NCBI RefSeq assembly: GCF_036321535.1
Contig: NC_087444.1
Location: forward strand, 70,494,001 to 70,558,000
Reading direction: 5' to 3'
Length of the DNA: 64,000 nucleotides
Source: Camelus dromedarius
Lineage: Eukaryota
A model generated the notes under the pieces. The model made no database searches, was not told where the DNA came from, and saw only the letters and a program-made list of their open reading frames with translations. The translations under genes and the position numbers were made by a program. Shown here piece by piece: positions 1-12,960 of this stretch (its first letter is position 1; every line of letters starts with the position of its first letter).

Positions 1-46
1 GCACCTCCTCCCTCAAACCCAGGAGTCCAGAGCCCCAAATACTCAC

Positions 47-163
47 CTATCTGCTGAGGTTTGGGCAATTTCAGTTCATCCATGACCTTGACAAACTCCT
101 CACAGCTGAGAGTGAGCCGAGGGTTCAGAGTCCGCTCCTCCTCCACTGTAGACACAGTGAGTC
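47..163 (-). CDS. ETHE1: ETHE1 (persulfide dioxygenase) exon 6; exon 7 lies outside the window
   Basis: 117 bp; AG acceptor at 164-165, GTGAGT donor at 46-41; encodes (G)[38 protein letters not shown]. Confidence 0.95.
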
Positions 164-375
164 CTAATGGCCAAGGGAGGGGGAGGAATTTAGACCAGTC
201 CAGTGCCTTGAATCACCAGGAACTACATTTCCTAGAAGGCCTTGGGGTAGCTCTCTGGCCAAGGACTAACAGATTGCTTTCCCTCCTCAATGGGCACAAT
301 GGGAAATGCAGCTTCCCACAGTTCCCTAAGTTCTATGAGGAAGTCTCAGGAGAGCCTAAGCCTTCTGGAATTCTA

Positions 376-660
<285 letters not shown>

Positions 661-1552
661 TCAGAGGAGCAACAGGAGGAGAGAAGCTCCCTAACCCCTT
701 CCCTTCAGGAAAAGGGTGGGAGAGTAAAAATCACTGTAGCTAAACCCTCGCCCTCATTTTCTGCCAGCAGCCCTTAGTCTGGGTAGAGAAGGGGAGGGAA
801 GGGCATTCTAGGCAGGTGGAAGAGCATATGCAAAGAATTGAGGAACGGTGAGAAAATCAGCATGGCTGTAAATAAGGTTGGGATGAGACCCTGAAGCACC
901 AAGACTGTGTTGGGAATGGATAAATGGGAGGGTAGAAGCCTCAGAGAGAAAAAGACAGAGACTAAGATGGAGAGATAAGGAAAGAGGAAGCAAGAAGCAA
1001 CCTGGGGATCTGATTACCCCCTGCCAGGTCACTGTGGCTCTGTCTCTCCTCTCTCACCCCTCCTCGCCCACCTGCTGCAAGGCAGCTACTCCCCACAATC
1101 CACTGTCCACCTTACATTCACACTCACACGCAACGGGGAGCTGAGGTTCGGAAACTAAACACCCTCCCCACAGAGAAAACCCTTAATCTAATCCCCACCC
1201 CCAGCTAAACGCCAAATGTACCACCACCTCCTAGCAGTTAAACTACTGAATCTAACAACCTCCTAGAAGCTAAACTGCTAAATCTAAACTCCTGAAACAA
1301 ACTCCACACCCTTCCCCCAACCAGCTAAACCCCTCCTGGTGCGGGGGGTGGTGTGTGTGTTAAAAATACGTCCACAAACGCTTTGAAACTCTTCTCTTCA
1401 AAATATGACATTTAATTCCCCTTACCTTGACATACTAGTCTAGACTAAGTGACTTGCATCTAGGATACTGCAGAAATAAAAGAGTTTATCTTCTGAGACT
1501 AGGTCATTAAAAACAAAAATTAGGGCTTCTGTCTGTCTGTCTGTCTCTGATT

Positions 1553-1852
1553 GTTCCCACTGGGAGACTCCAGGTGCCATGTCATGAAGACATTCGAGCA
1601 TGCCCTATGGAGAGGTCTACGTGGTGAGGAACTGAGGCCTCCTGCCAACAACCAGCACATGTCAAGCCTTCAGATGACTGCAGCCCAGGCCAGCAGCTTG
1701 GATGCAACCTCATGGGAGACCCTGAGCAAGAACCATCCAACTCAGCTACTCCCAGAGTCCTAACTCTCAGAACCTGTATAAGATAATGTTAATCATTGTT
1801 TTAAGCCATGAGGTTCTGAGGTGATTTGTTTTATAGCAATAGATAACTAACA
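1553..1852 (+). mobile_element. MaLR LTR remnant (MLT1-type)
   Basis: Typical MLT1 3' end (…GTTTTAAGCCATGAGGTTCTGAGGTGATTTGTTTTATAGCAATAGATAACTAACA); subfamily assigned from memory only. Confidence 0.55.
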
Positions 1853-1979
1853 TATACTCTGGAACCTGTCTCCCAACGGCTAAGCCCTGAACCCAGCTCT
1901 CCAGCTGCTAAACTCTAAATCTAATCCTGACCCCCCAAAAGTCTAACATTCATTCATTCATTCTTGCAACTGATGCTTA

Positions 1980-2237
<258 letters not shown>

Positions 2238-2289
2238 TCAGAAGTCCACATCCCATCCCAGGGTCACATCGAGATAACCTCTTTTTGAT

Positions 2290-3530
2290 AAAAATGTTAA
2301 GTTAGATCTCAGGCTCAAACCTCACACCAGAGTAAACTCCCAATGAATTAAAAACTTAAAGTGAGAAAATAAAACCATAAAATTATGACAATAGAAATCC
2401 AAATGAATATATGATCTCTGGTTAGGGAAGAACATTCAAATGTGATCCCCAAAGTCATAAATCATTAAGGGAAAGATCAGTGGTTTGAATTTAAATGAAT
2501 CTGAAGTTTCTGAATGGCAACATCATAAACAAAATGTAAAGAGAACCAACAAGCTGAAAAAATACATTTGTAACACATATATACTACACAGTGGGCAGGA
2601 TACTTTACTTCCAAACAGACCCTGCAAATCAATAAGAAAAAGATAAGCATACTACAAAAAACATGGAATACTAAGCAGTTATTTAAAATTATGTCACTGA
2701 TGTAAAATTTAACGATGCTATACACAAATATTTAATGGCATGGAAAGATGTTTACTATCTAGTAAGTGCAAAAAAAAGTTACAAAGCAACTTGCACAGTG
2801 TCATCTTTTTAAAAAACATATTCATTAACTCAAAATATTTTTTAGGCTTTTCCTATATTATCTTTTTTTCACAATAAATATGTCACTTTATAATTAAAAA
2901 TAAAACACAAAATTCAGAATAAACTAAAGGTCTAAACATTAAAAAAACCATAAAAATTCTAGAAGGAGACATATTTATACATATAAATTATTGAGGTAGG
3001 AAAGGTTTTTCTAAGCACAATAGGAAATTCAGAGGCCATAAGGTAAAACAGGGACAGATGTGACCATATAGTTTAACTTCATTATAGAAAAAGACAAAAT
3101 CAGAGTTACCAGACAAAAAAAAAATCAGAGACAGTATTAGCAGCATGTATAAAAAAGTATTATAAAGTGTGAATAGCCATAATATATAAACAATTCCTTA
3201 AGCATCAATAAGAACCCCCAAAAGGGAAATGAGCAAAATAAAAAAATAGGCAATTCATGGAAAAGGGAACAAATAGTCAAAAAAAAAAAAAACTTTAAAG
3301 GTGTTTGATTTCCCTTAAAAGGAAGGAAGGGGAGGCGAGATCTCAATTTTAAAACTCTTATTTTTCACCTATCAGATTGGTAATTATCAGATTTGCTTAG
3401 GGTGTTTGAAGCAAGCCCTTTCATTCCCTAGGTTGTGGGTACAACTCAGTAAAACCATTTTAGAGGGCAGCTTAGTCACTTCTAGCGACATCTCAGATGC
3501 ATACACTTTCTGATCCCGCAAAGCCACTTC
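2290..3530 (+). mobile_element. Old L1 ORF2/3' fragments
   Basis: A-rich on the + strand with L1-like phrases (ctcacaccag...aaactcccaatgaattaaaaacttaaa); heavily decayed. Confidence 0.5.
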
Positions 3531-3674
3531 CAAGGCTCTGCTGTTAAGAACCCCTGACACACAAGCACAGAAACACCACCCAGGGAGAGCTGACTATCTA
3601 AATCCCCATACTCAGTTCAGGGAAGCAACTGTCAGAAAAAATTATTACCCCAATGATCTAACAATCACTTATAA

Positions 3675-3766
3675 GATTAGTTCCCACTCACATATCATTC
3701 CTCGTCTCTTAACAGAGCCCGATTAGTTCCCACTCACACATCATTCCTCCTCTCTTAACAGAGCCC
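3675..3766. repeat. 46-bp tandem duplication
   Basis: GATTAGTTCCCACTCACA(T/C)ATCATTCCTC(G/C)TCTCTTAACAGAGCCC present twice, with 2 mismatches. Confidence 0.95.
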
Positions 3767-4605
3767 CCTCCCACCAATTAGCATCCTTGTCCAAGTCAGT
3801 CATCTGCTGACTATTGAAGGACACCATGTGCAGACCCTGTTTCTATACCCAATACCTATTCTAACCTTCCCTGCTCAGATCTCCAATTTGATTTGGAACA
3901 TCAGAGTGCCCAGCCAAGCACATTCCCAGCCTCCCTATAAGGGTGAGTAGCCTCTGACAGTTCTCTGGCCAATGAGATCTCAATAGGTCTCCTGAGGATT
4001 TCTAGGAAAGCTTTTCCCTTCCTGATAAAAAACTGCCACCTCCCCTTTCCACTTCATCCAGCTCTGAACACAAGGTGTGATGGCCAGAGCTGCAGCAGCC
4101 ACTTTGCAACCATAAAGAAAAGCCCAAGAGAATCCCACAAATGATAGTAATGCCAAATCAAAGAAAGTAACTATCTTCTTGCAATTCCTGCTATAGGAAA
4201 AAATTGAACTCCTATTTATTTAAGCCACTATATGGGTTTTTCAGTTCCTTTCTGCCAAACACCTTCTTAACTCATCTACAATAGGATATATGTGCAATGC
4301 AAAACAAGTGCAAAGCAAAATCACTAATCTTGCAAAATCTTGTGGGAAAAATCACATCCCCCAGCCAAAAATTAACATTATCTTTTCGTGGTAGAGGGAT
4401 GATCTTTCCCTTTTTATTTCGTATGTTTCCATACTCTCTGGATTTTTTTTTTTTTAAAACAAAAAGCACAGGAGTCTTTTGAACTAAAAATGTGGATGGA
4501 TATTCAGGAGTAATGTTCAAAATATTTAACTACAGTTATAGCATGGGTACTGGCCAATCAGAAGGATGCCAGCTATAAACAACCAGTAGTTAGAAAGTGT
4601 ATATA

Positions 4606-4816
4606 CAGTTGACCCTTGAACAACGTGGATTTGAACTATGTGGGTCCACATATAGGCGGATTTTTTCAGTAGTAAATAGTACTACATGATCCGGTTTGTT
4701 GAATCCATGGATGCAGAAGAACCGCAGATAGTGGACTGTCTGTAAGAAAAGCCCTGATTTTTTAATGTAGGGAAGGTCAGTGCCCCTAATTCCCTGGGTT
4801 GTTTAAGGATCAACTA
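4606..4816. mobile_element. Tigger2-like Tc1/mariner MITE
   Basis: Terminal inverted repeats CAGTTGACCCTTGAACAAC / GTTGTTTAAGGATCAACTA flanked by TA. Confidence 0.75.
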
Positions 4817-5802
4817 TATATGGTGTATGCAATTGTGTTATGTGTATAAATGGAACACAATTTTAATATCAATTGAATGAAATCCTGCTTGCCTCATGAA
4901 CCAAGATTCCCTAAGCCCCTAATGACTGAATCTATATCGCAAGTGGCTTTGCTGTTGACCAGCCTCCCTGTTTATCTTTCCCTTTTCTCAAATATCTGTC
5001 CCCACAATCCTGCTCATCTCAGGCCTCTTCTCCTTGGGCCAACCAGCAGCCTCCTCTCTGGCCTCCCAGCCTCCAACCCATCTCCTTCCTGACCCTGAGG
5101 AGCTTTTCTATCACCCAGATCCAATCTGGCCCCTCTCTGCTCCAAACCCTTCCCTGGCTCCCACGGCCCCCAGGGCAGAATTCTGGTTCCTCAGCCCCTG
5201 CTCTGGTGCCTGCCCACTTTCCCAGCCCAGTGTCTCATAGCATTCTCCTTTTCCCAACGCACCCAGCTACTCTGAAGCCCAGGGTAATTTCCAGGAAACA
5301 TCAGAGTTTTCCCACACCTCTTTGCCCAGGCAATTCTCTCTGCCAGGTACACGCATCCCTCTTCTCCCATCAGTCAGGGAGAAGTCCCACCTACTTTTCA
5401 AGAGCCCTGGCACTGATCGACCCCTTCTCCTGTGCCTGGCTCCCTTCTAAGCACTCGGCATGACTAACTCATTCAGTCTACATACATCTTTATGGAGGAA
5501 GTACCCTTCCTGGCCCCATTCTACAGAAGAGGAAACTGAGGCACAGAATGAAAACAGATTATAACTACATGCAATGATATGGGTGAATTTCACAGATGCT
5601 ATAAGCAAAAAAAAAAAAAAAAAAGAGTGCACTAGGCATCAAGGATGGAGCTGGGAGGAATGGAATGAAGTGTGAAATCTCAGCCTGCCCAGGACACAGG
5701 GTAAGTGGTATTACACAGGTAAGGGTAAGTGGTATTACATGAAGCTGAGATTTCAGTTCTAAATCCAGGTGAAAATATTAATCTCTTGGCGAGGACACAC
5801 GA

Positions 5803-6010
5803 ACTAGTGGTTAAGAGCAACCTCTGGAGCCAGATGACATGGGTTCTAAATTTGGCTCTGCTGTTACTAGCTGTGTGACCTTAGACAAGTTACTTCACCT
5901 TCTCTGCTCATTCGTAAAATGAGGCTAATAATTGTCCCCACTTCATAGGGTTAGGAGGAACATTCAATTATTTCACATATGTAAAGCACTTTAAAAATGC
6001 CCAGCACATA
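5803..6010 (+). mobile_element. MIR SINE (one of many MIR fragments in the window)
   Basis: MIR core ACTAGCTGTGTGACCTTAGACAAGTTACTTCACC. Confidence 0.7.
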
Positions 6011-8662
6011 ATAAAGGCTATATAATAAAAAATAATAATCATATTTTAAAATTCCAAAAACACTGATCTCGTGGAACCACAAGGCCTGAAATCCTGGCTC
6101 AGCCACTTTCTCAGCATAACTTTTGAGCAAGTCACTTTCCCCTCTCTGTAAACTGGGGAAACTATTTCTGATCTCACAATGTAGTTATGAAGGTTTAATG
6201 AGACCTATTTGTCAGAAAAGGCAGAATGGAGGCTCAAGGGCCAAGTTCAGCCATAGCAGTGTTTTGTTCAGACCCCTCAGTAGTTATTAAAAGTCTGACT
6301 TTGTTTTTGACCTTTAAAAGTTTGGAAGATTTCTCAAAAATGTATATTTGCAGTTTCTAATAAAAAAACAAAAGGCTTGGTAGTAGACAGACTACATTCT
6401 GAAGCATGAATAATCAACTTTAATTATGTAGTGGGTGTCCTCCCAAAACGGGAAGCACACCCCAACATTTGCGCCCCACCACTTCCTGCTGCCAGGAAAT
6501 GGTACTTGATTCTGAAAATCCTGTGAGATAAATGCCGAGAAAATGCACTTACAGAGCTCAGCACAATGCCTAGTGAGAAGTGAACACTCAATATTTGTGA
6601 ACTATTATTAAGTTATTTTATTATTGTATTATTATAGTATTATTATTATTAACCAATACAAAAATATCTGTCCTCTACTTCAGCTGATAGCAGAGAGAAG
6701 TGTTAGAAAAGGAATTAAATGACCCCATGAGGAAATAACCAGACACACCCAGAAAGTGGAACATTCTACAAGGCAACAGGCAGGAAGCTTCAAAAGTCAA
6801 AGTCACAGGACAGAGAGGGTATGAAACTGCTCTAGATTAAAACAGACAAAAACACCTAATAGCCAGATGCCATATTTGAACCTCGATTGAGTCCTGGTTC
6901 CTATAAACTTAAAAATTATTCCTGGGCAACTGGATAAATTTGAACATGGGCTGGATTTCAGAAATACTTAAAAATTATTCTCTATCAATTAAAAAAATTA
7001 TTGTGTATCATTAAATGTGACAAAGATTTTGTAAAAGGTTCTCAAAGTATAGTAGAGGGAACTCTGAAGGTCTGCATAATCAAAATTATTTTCACAATAG
7101 TGGGAAGAGGTCTTTTGCCCTTTTTCATTCTCATTCTGCCTTGAAGAATTCAGTGGAGTTTTCCAGAAGCTCCATGACTTGCGATGATGTCATCGCTCTG
7201 ACAGTTGTTAAAATATGTGCTTCTGTATTCTTGGTTTTTTTTTTTAAGTCTCAGTTTTAACTTCTAACCTAGTAAAAAAAATTTTTTTGCATATCTGAAT
7301 AGTTATATTTCTTTTTTAAAAATTGATATATAACTGACATGTAACTAATACAGTGACTATTGATAGATAGAACCCAGGTAAACAAAAGCTTTTTCGGGCC
7401 CTCCATACTTTTTAAGAGGGTTAAAGAATCCTGAGATGAATGCATTTGAGTTGGTGAACCAGTGATGTCGGAGAAAGTGGTTATTCTTAGAAGTCTTTAG
7501 AAATGTCTGCAGTTTAGCTTTTGAATGCTAAGGGGGGCAGGGAAGTATACACACAGGAGGGAGAAATAAAGCAAAGGTGGTAAAAATGTCGGTAACTGGT
7601 GAACATCAGATGAATGGTATGAGGGTGTTAACTGTACCATTATTTCGACTTACTATAGTTTTGAAAATACTAAAAATAAAACCTTGTGGGTGGGGACACC
7701 TAACTTCTTGCCCTAAGCAGTCTCACCATTCCCAAAACTTGTTGAGTAATCCTCTTAGCTGTAGAATATTCTGCAGGGATCTTGTGGGGCCTGCCTAACC
7801 CCATATTCTTTCCAAAGATTTATTCTTCCCTTTCACGATGCAACAAGTGCGTGACACAGCTCCACAGCTGCTCTTTTGCCTACTTCCTGCCACAGAGCTA
7901 TCTTCCCAAAGCTACCTCCCATTAATTAAACCCGACGCAAAAAAGGAGCAGGGCCGCTCCCTTGCCTGGCAGTTCCCGTGGGCCGCACTGCCCCCTGGTG
8001 GCAAGTCAGCTCTCGCCACCTTTTCCATTTGGTCTCCAAGTTCATACCTCTGCTCCGTGTTATTCAAAAGCGCTTTATCTTGGGATAACCAACTACTGTT
8101 TTTAGGCTCTCTAAATTCGAAAACCCAAAATGTCATTTTCTTTTTCTTCTTTTAAAAAAAATTTAAAAATTGAAGTACAGTCAGTTACAATGTGTCAATT
8201 TCTGGTGTACAGCAGTGTCCCAGTCGTGCGTATATATTTATATTCTCAAAATGTCATTTTCTGTTGTAGCTAAATTCTCTGAACCTTCATCAGCTAAACA
8301 TTCCTTTCTTATGTGAAAGAAAACAAAATTAGAATTTGTTGTTCTGTTTAGGGGACCATGTACTGATAACTACAACGTAAAGATGCATCAAAAAATAGGA
8401 TGGAGTGATGGATGGATAGAGGTGTATGTTGTAAATGTTTTCCCAACTTTTCTGTATGCCTCCATCTTTTCACAAAATGTTGGGGTTGGAAGGGGCGGGG
8501 AGGTGGCGGGTAGATTGGTTCCATAATTCAACTATTTAATTCCAAATAGGAGGAACCACTGAAAACCACAGGTGGGCCACATGATGATCATCTGTGAGCT
8601 TTTAAAATACACTGATTTCTTGCCTCAAACAATTAAATCAGAATCTCTAAAGTGGAACCTGA

Positions 8663-8767
8663 CAAGGGAGAGTAATAGCTCAGTGGTAGAGCACATGCTT
8701 AACATGGATGAGGTTTTGGGTTCAATCCCTGGTACCTCCACCAAAAAAAAAAAAAAAAAAAAAAAGA
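8663..8767 (+). mobile_element. tRNA-Ala-derived SINE (camelid Vic-1-like)
   Basis: A/B-box tRNA head TAGCTCAGTGGTAGAGC...GGTTCAATCCC plus poly(A); TSD TAAAGTGGAA(C/T)CTGA at 8648-8662 and 8768-8782. Confidence 0.85.
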
Positions 8768-9184
8768 TTAAAGTGGAATCTGAGGGATTAGTATCTTGAG
8801 AAGCACCCTCCCAAAATCAATATATTTAAGGCAAGACGACTCTTCTGAATCCGTCACCCATGGGAGCTAAAACTGTCAAGTCTCAATCATTGCTTATTAA
8901 ACCAGAAAAATCCATTCTACAATGAAACCATCCAAATTTGGCTCACCGTGAATGTAAAATGTACAACCAGTTCAAAAACTGGCAGTTTCTACTAAAGTTA
9001 AATATACCTCAGTTCTGAGACACAGCAAGTCCACTCCCTGGAATTGAGTGTAACGGCCACTAAGAGATTTGTATAAGAATCTTCACAGCAGTGCTATTCA
9101 GAATAGCCCAAAACTGAAATCAACCATCAAAAGGAGAATGGATATAAACTGTCATCAATTCATGTCACAATGACATGGTCTACA

Positions 9185-9527
9185 ACAGTAGTTGGCAAAC
9201 TATGGCCAGTGCACCGAATTTGGCCTGCCACCTGCTTTTGCAAGCCTGAGAACTAAGAATGGGCTTTATACTTTTTCATGACTGAAAAAAAAAAAAGTCA
9301 AAATAAGAATGACATTTCACAACACATGAACATTAGTGAAATTCAAGTTACTGTGGCCATCAGTAAAGTTTTGTTGGAGTAGAGCCAGGCTTATTCATTT
9401 ATGCATTGCCTCTGAATGCTTCCACACTAACAGGAGAATTCAGTCATTACAACAGAGACCCATACAGCCTGCAAAACCAAAAATATTTACTGTCTGCTCC
9501 TTTACAGAAAAAGTTTGCCAACCTCTG
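9185..9527. mobile_element. MER58-like hAT-Charlie MITE
   Basis: Ends CAGTAGTTGGCAAACTATGGCC / AAAGTTTGCCAACCTCTG. Confidence 0.65.
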
Positions 9528-9929
9528 CTATATCCCAAGAGAAAGAAAGAACTACAATCATATACAACAGTATGAAGAGTAAAAGAAGCAGACACAGGAG
9601 TACACACTATATGATTCCTGTTTATAAGGTCCAAGATGCAGAGAACTAGCCTATGAGTAAATAAGTTAGAAGAATGGTCCCTTGGCAGGCTGTGATGCCC
9701 AGGGAGTGGGACAAGGAAGCCTTCTGGGATGATGGTCATATTCTGGATCTGAATCTGAGCAGTGGATACACAAGGACAGATGTGTGTAAAAATTTACCAA
9801 GCCACACACGTACAATATGTGCACTTTTTACTATATAATATGCATGTTACAATTTGAATTTTTTTAAATGGGGGGGGGGAAGAGGAAGAGAAAAAAGTGC
9901 CCAACTTTAAAGGTTTATAAGGAACTCGG

Positions 9930-10660
9930 TTGAAGACCAAACAAAACGCTGAATAATCATAGAGACAGAAAATAAAAAGGACCGTTGACAAGGATGTGGA
10001 GGAATTGGAACCCTCACACAACTGGTGGGGACATAAAATAATGCAGCCACTTTGGATAATAGTTTCTGATAACAGTTTGGCAGCTCCTCAAACTGGTAAA
10101 CAGAATTACCACATGATCTAGCAATTCCATCCTAGGTATATACCCAAAAGGAATNNNNNNNNNNNNNNNNNNNNNNNNNNNNNNNNNNNNNNNNNNNNNN
10201 NNNNNNNNNNNNNNNNNNNNNNNNNNNNNNNNNNNNNNNNNNNNNNNNNNNNNNNNNNNNNNNNNNNNNNNNNNNNNNNNNNNNNNNNNNNNNNNNNNNN
10301 NNNNNNNNNNNNNNNNNNNNNNNNNNNNNNNNNNNNNNNNNNNNNNNNNNNNNNNNNNNNNNNNNNNNNNNAAGCCAGTCACAGAGACCACACATTGTAT
10401 TTTATCATTTCTATGAAATGTCCAGAAGAGGCAAATCTACAGAGACAGAAAGTGGATTAGTGGTTGCCTAAGTCTGTAGGAGTGAAAAGGGGGCACAGTG
10501 GGGTGACAGCTAAGGGGTGTGGGGTTTCTTTCTGGCTTGATGAAAATATTCTAAAATTAATCGTGGTAATGGATACACAACTCTGTGAATATACTACGTC
10601 ATTGAATAGTACAATTTAAATGGGTGAACTGGATGGTTTGTGAATTATATCAATAAAGCT
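9930..10660 (+). mobile_element. L1 (L1M-type) 3' end interrupted by an assembly gap
   Basis: L1 ORF2-end and 3'UTR phrases (ggatgtggaggaattggaaccctcac…; ctcaataaagctg-like end); N run at 10155-10371. Confidence 0.75.
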
Positions 10661-11291
10661 GTTTAGAAAAACACATGCTAAAGCTACACCTTCACAGCTA
10701 AACCCTTCCACACTGAATCACTGAAATCACTCATCCAATTGAACAAAGGGCTCATCTTGACACAAAACTCCAATCATTTCTAACACTTCTAAGGCTTCCC
10801 ACCCCCAAGAAATGCTGGTTAGCACCTGCTTATCATATACAGTGTACATAAATGTACAATGCATTTTTTTAACCTGCTTCCAGAAAAAGGCTTGAAATAA
10901 AGAGGCTGTGACCAGTGGAGCTAAACCCTCTGATCCCACGCATAGTCCTCATTTCTGCAGAATGCTGACTCAGATATACTGTTCCTGTTTAGCAAAACCC
11001 TCTAACCTGGAGGCTGAGACCTCACCCTGTCACCTAACATTCTGTCCCCAAAGTCAGGCAAACTTTCTAAATCTTTAGCAACTCTGATCAGAAAAAAAGT
11101 CCTGCCAGCTCTTTCCCCTCCCTCTGAGGGTCACTCCCCTTTGAACCCTCCTCACCCATCATGTTTCCCTCGACTGAAATTCTTGCCAGAAACCTGCTGA
11201 TTATGCTTGTGGCAGAGAGAGGAGGTAGGAACCTTCAGACTTTCTCCTGTGAGGTAATAGCAGGTCTGGGGTTAGGGTGAGGCAAGCAGCC

Positions 11292-11412
11292 GCCTAGGGC
11301 ACAACATTTAAGGAGGCGCCAGCCTAGGGCACTACATTTAAGGAGGCGCCCACTTGAAGGTGCCAACCCTGCCTTTGCACGACCTGGAAAATGAGCGCCT
11401 CCTTAAATATGT
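11292..11412. repeat. 30-bp direct repeat plus inverted copy (probable decayed hAT-type MITE)
   Basis: GCCTAGGGCAC(A/T)ACATTTAAGGAGGCGCC at 11292 and 11322; perfect 14-bp inverse GCGCCTCCTTAAAT at 11395-11408. Confidence 0.8.
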
Positions 11413-11821
11413 TTGTCTTCACCCTAGTCCAAGCCCAGGGCAAAAGGACCCTCTTCCTCCAACAGTGGCTCTAGGATGTCAGGGCTGGGCCTCTCAGCCT
11501 TGACCTTGGAATTCCAGCTCCGAATCAAATTGTATGAGACACCAGGCCAAAGGAGCTGCCCCAAAGCTACAGGAACTTCCAAAAATGTTGACTTAAAGGG
11601 CTTGGCTAGAGATACACCTGCCCAGGGCCTCTTGCCCCAGTTTTCCACCTGGGTTTATGGTGCCCTCCACCCAGAGAGAGAAACTGGAGCCCAGGATCAG
11701 GAACCCAGGTCTGAGGCCCCTCCTACTCCAGGACTCAGGAGTCCAGCCCTCCAGCCCCCTCTTTCCTTTACTCCACGAAGTCCAGGCCACCACCCTCTCG
11801 GGGACCCAGCATCCAACTCAC

Positions 11822-11970
11822 AAAGCGCCCGAAGGGGATGGAGTCTCCATCCTCAATGTGCAAGTCAGCCTGGGCCCCACTAAGGCGGGAGATCATAGAC
11901 TGGCAGCCGGGGAGTAGGGTCCGGAGCAGCCCCGTGCCCGTAACGTGGTCGGCATGGCAGTGGGTATTCA
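11822..11970 (-). CDS. ETHE1: ETHE1 exon 3
   Basis: 149 bp; (V)[49 protein letters not shown], containing the metallo-beta-lactamase HxHxDH motif. Confidence 0.96.
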
Positions 11971-12090
11971 CTAGGAGAGAGAGGAGGGCCAGGTCTAGGA
12001 GCGCACAGAGAGGACGCAGGATTCCCAGCCCCAAGCCCCGTTCTCCCTCAGACCCAGGAATCTGGGCCCCTAACTCCCCAGTCCACTCTA

Positions 12091-12327
<237 letters not shown>

Positions 12328-12717
12328 TCATAGAGGACCCAGGAGTCCAGGCTTCAACTCAGTTCTCTTCCTAAGATCCAGAAGCAGAAACCCCAGCCCC
12401 CTTTTATCCCCGGAGTCAGGAGTCTGGGACCCCAGCACCTTACTCCGTTTGAACCAGCGAGTCCCAACTTTAATTTACCCCCAATTCTAGGTCTCCATCA
12501 CCCTCTTCTGTAAAGGACGCAGGAGTCTGGCCCCAAGCCCAGGGGATCCCAGATCTCTCCCATTTAAAGGACGCCAAAGCCTAGCCCCTCGCCCTTTTCC
12601 TCAAAGATCCAGGCGTCGGGGCCCGGGTATCTGTTCGGATTTAAAGGACCCACGAGTTCCGCCCCCGCCACCTCACAGGGCCCAGTAATCTCGCTCCCGG
12701 GTCCAGCCACCTCGAAC

Positions 12718-12798
12718 CTGCCGTAGGAGGATGGGGGCTCCAGACCCACTCTGTTGGCTGAGCTGCCGTCCGGCGACCCTCAGTGCGGACCCCGCCAT
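12718..12798 (-). CDS. ETHE1: ETHE1 exon 1 (mitochondrial presequence)
   Basis: ATG in gcgATGG context; 81 bp, MAGSALRVAGRQLSQQSGSGAPILLRQ; donor CAG|GTTCGA; phases join exons 1-6 without a stop. Confidence 0.93.
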
Positions 12799-12799
12799 C

Positions 12800-12960
12800 G
12801 CGCCAGCGGCCGGATAGGGACTGAGCCGAGGCGGAAAGCCTGCGGAAGCCTGTGCACCAGGGCTGATCCCCGGAGGGGCGGGGCAAGGGGCGGGGCAAGG
12901 GGCGGGGCCCGCCTTAAAGGGGCAGAGGGTGCCTGGGGCCAAGAGCGGGGCCGGCGGAGA
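12800..12960 (-). promoter_or_regulatory. ETHE1 CpG-rich promoter with three tandem GC boxes
   Basis: GGGGCGGGGCAA repeated at 12875-12907; ETS-like GCGGAAG and GCGGAAA motifs; high CpG density just upstream of the ATG. Confidence 0.75.

Noticed and set aside
3675-11412. CRISPR-like reading of the 46-bp and 30-bp repeats
   Set aside because: Only two adjacent copies each, no spacers, no cas genes, and the context is mammalian intron.
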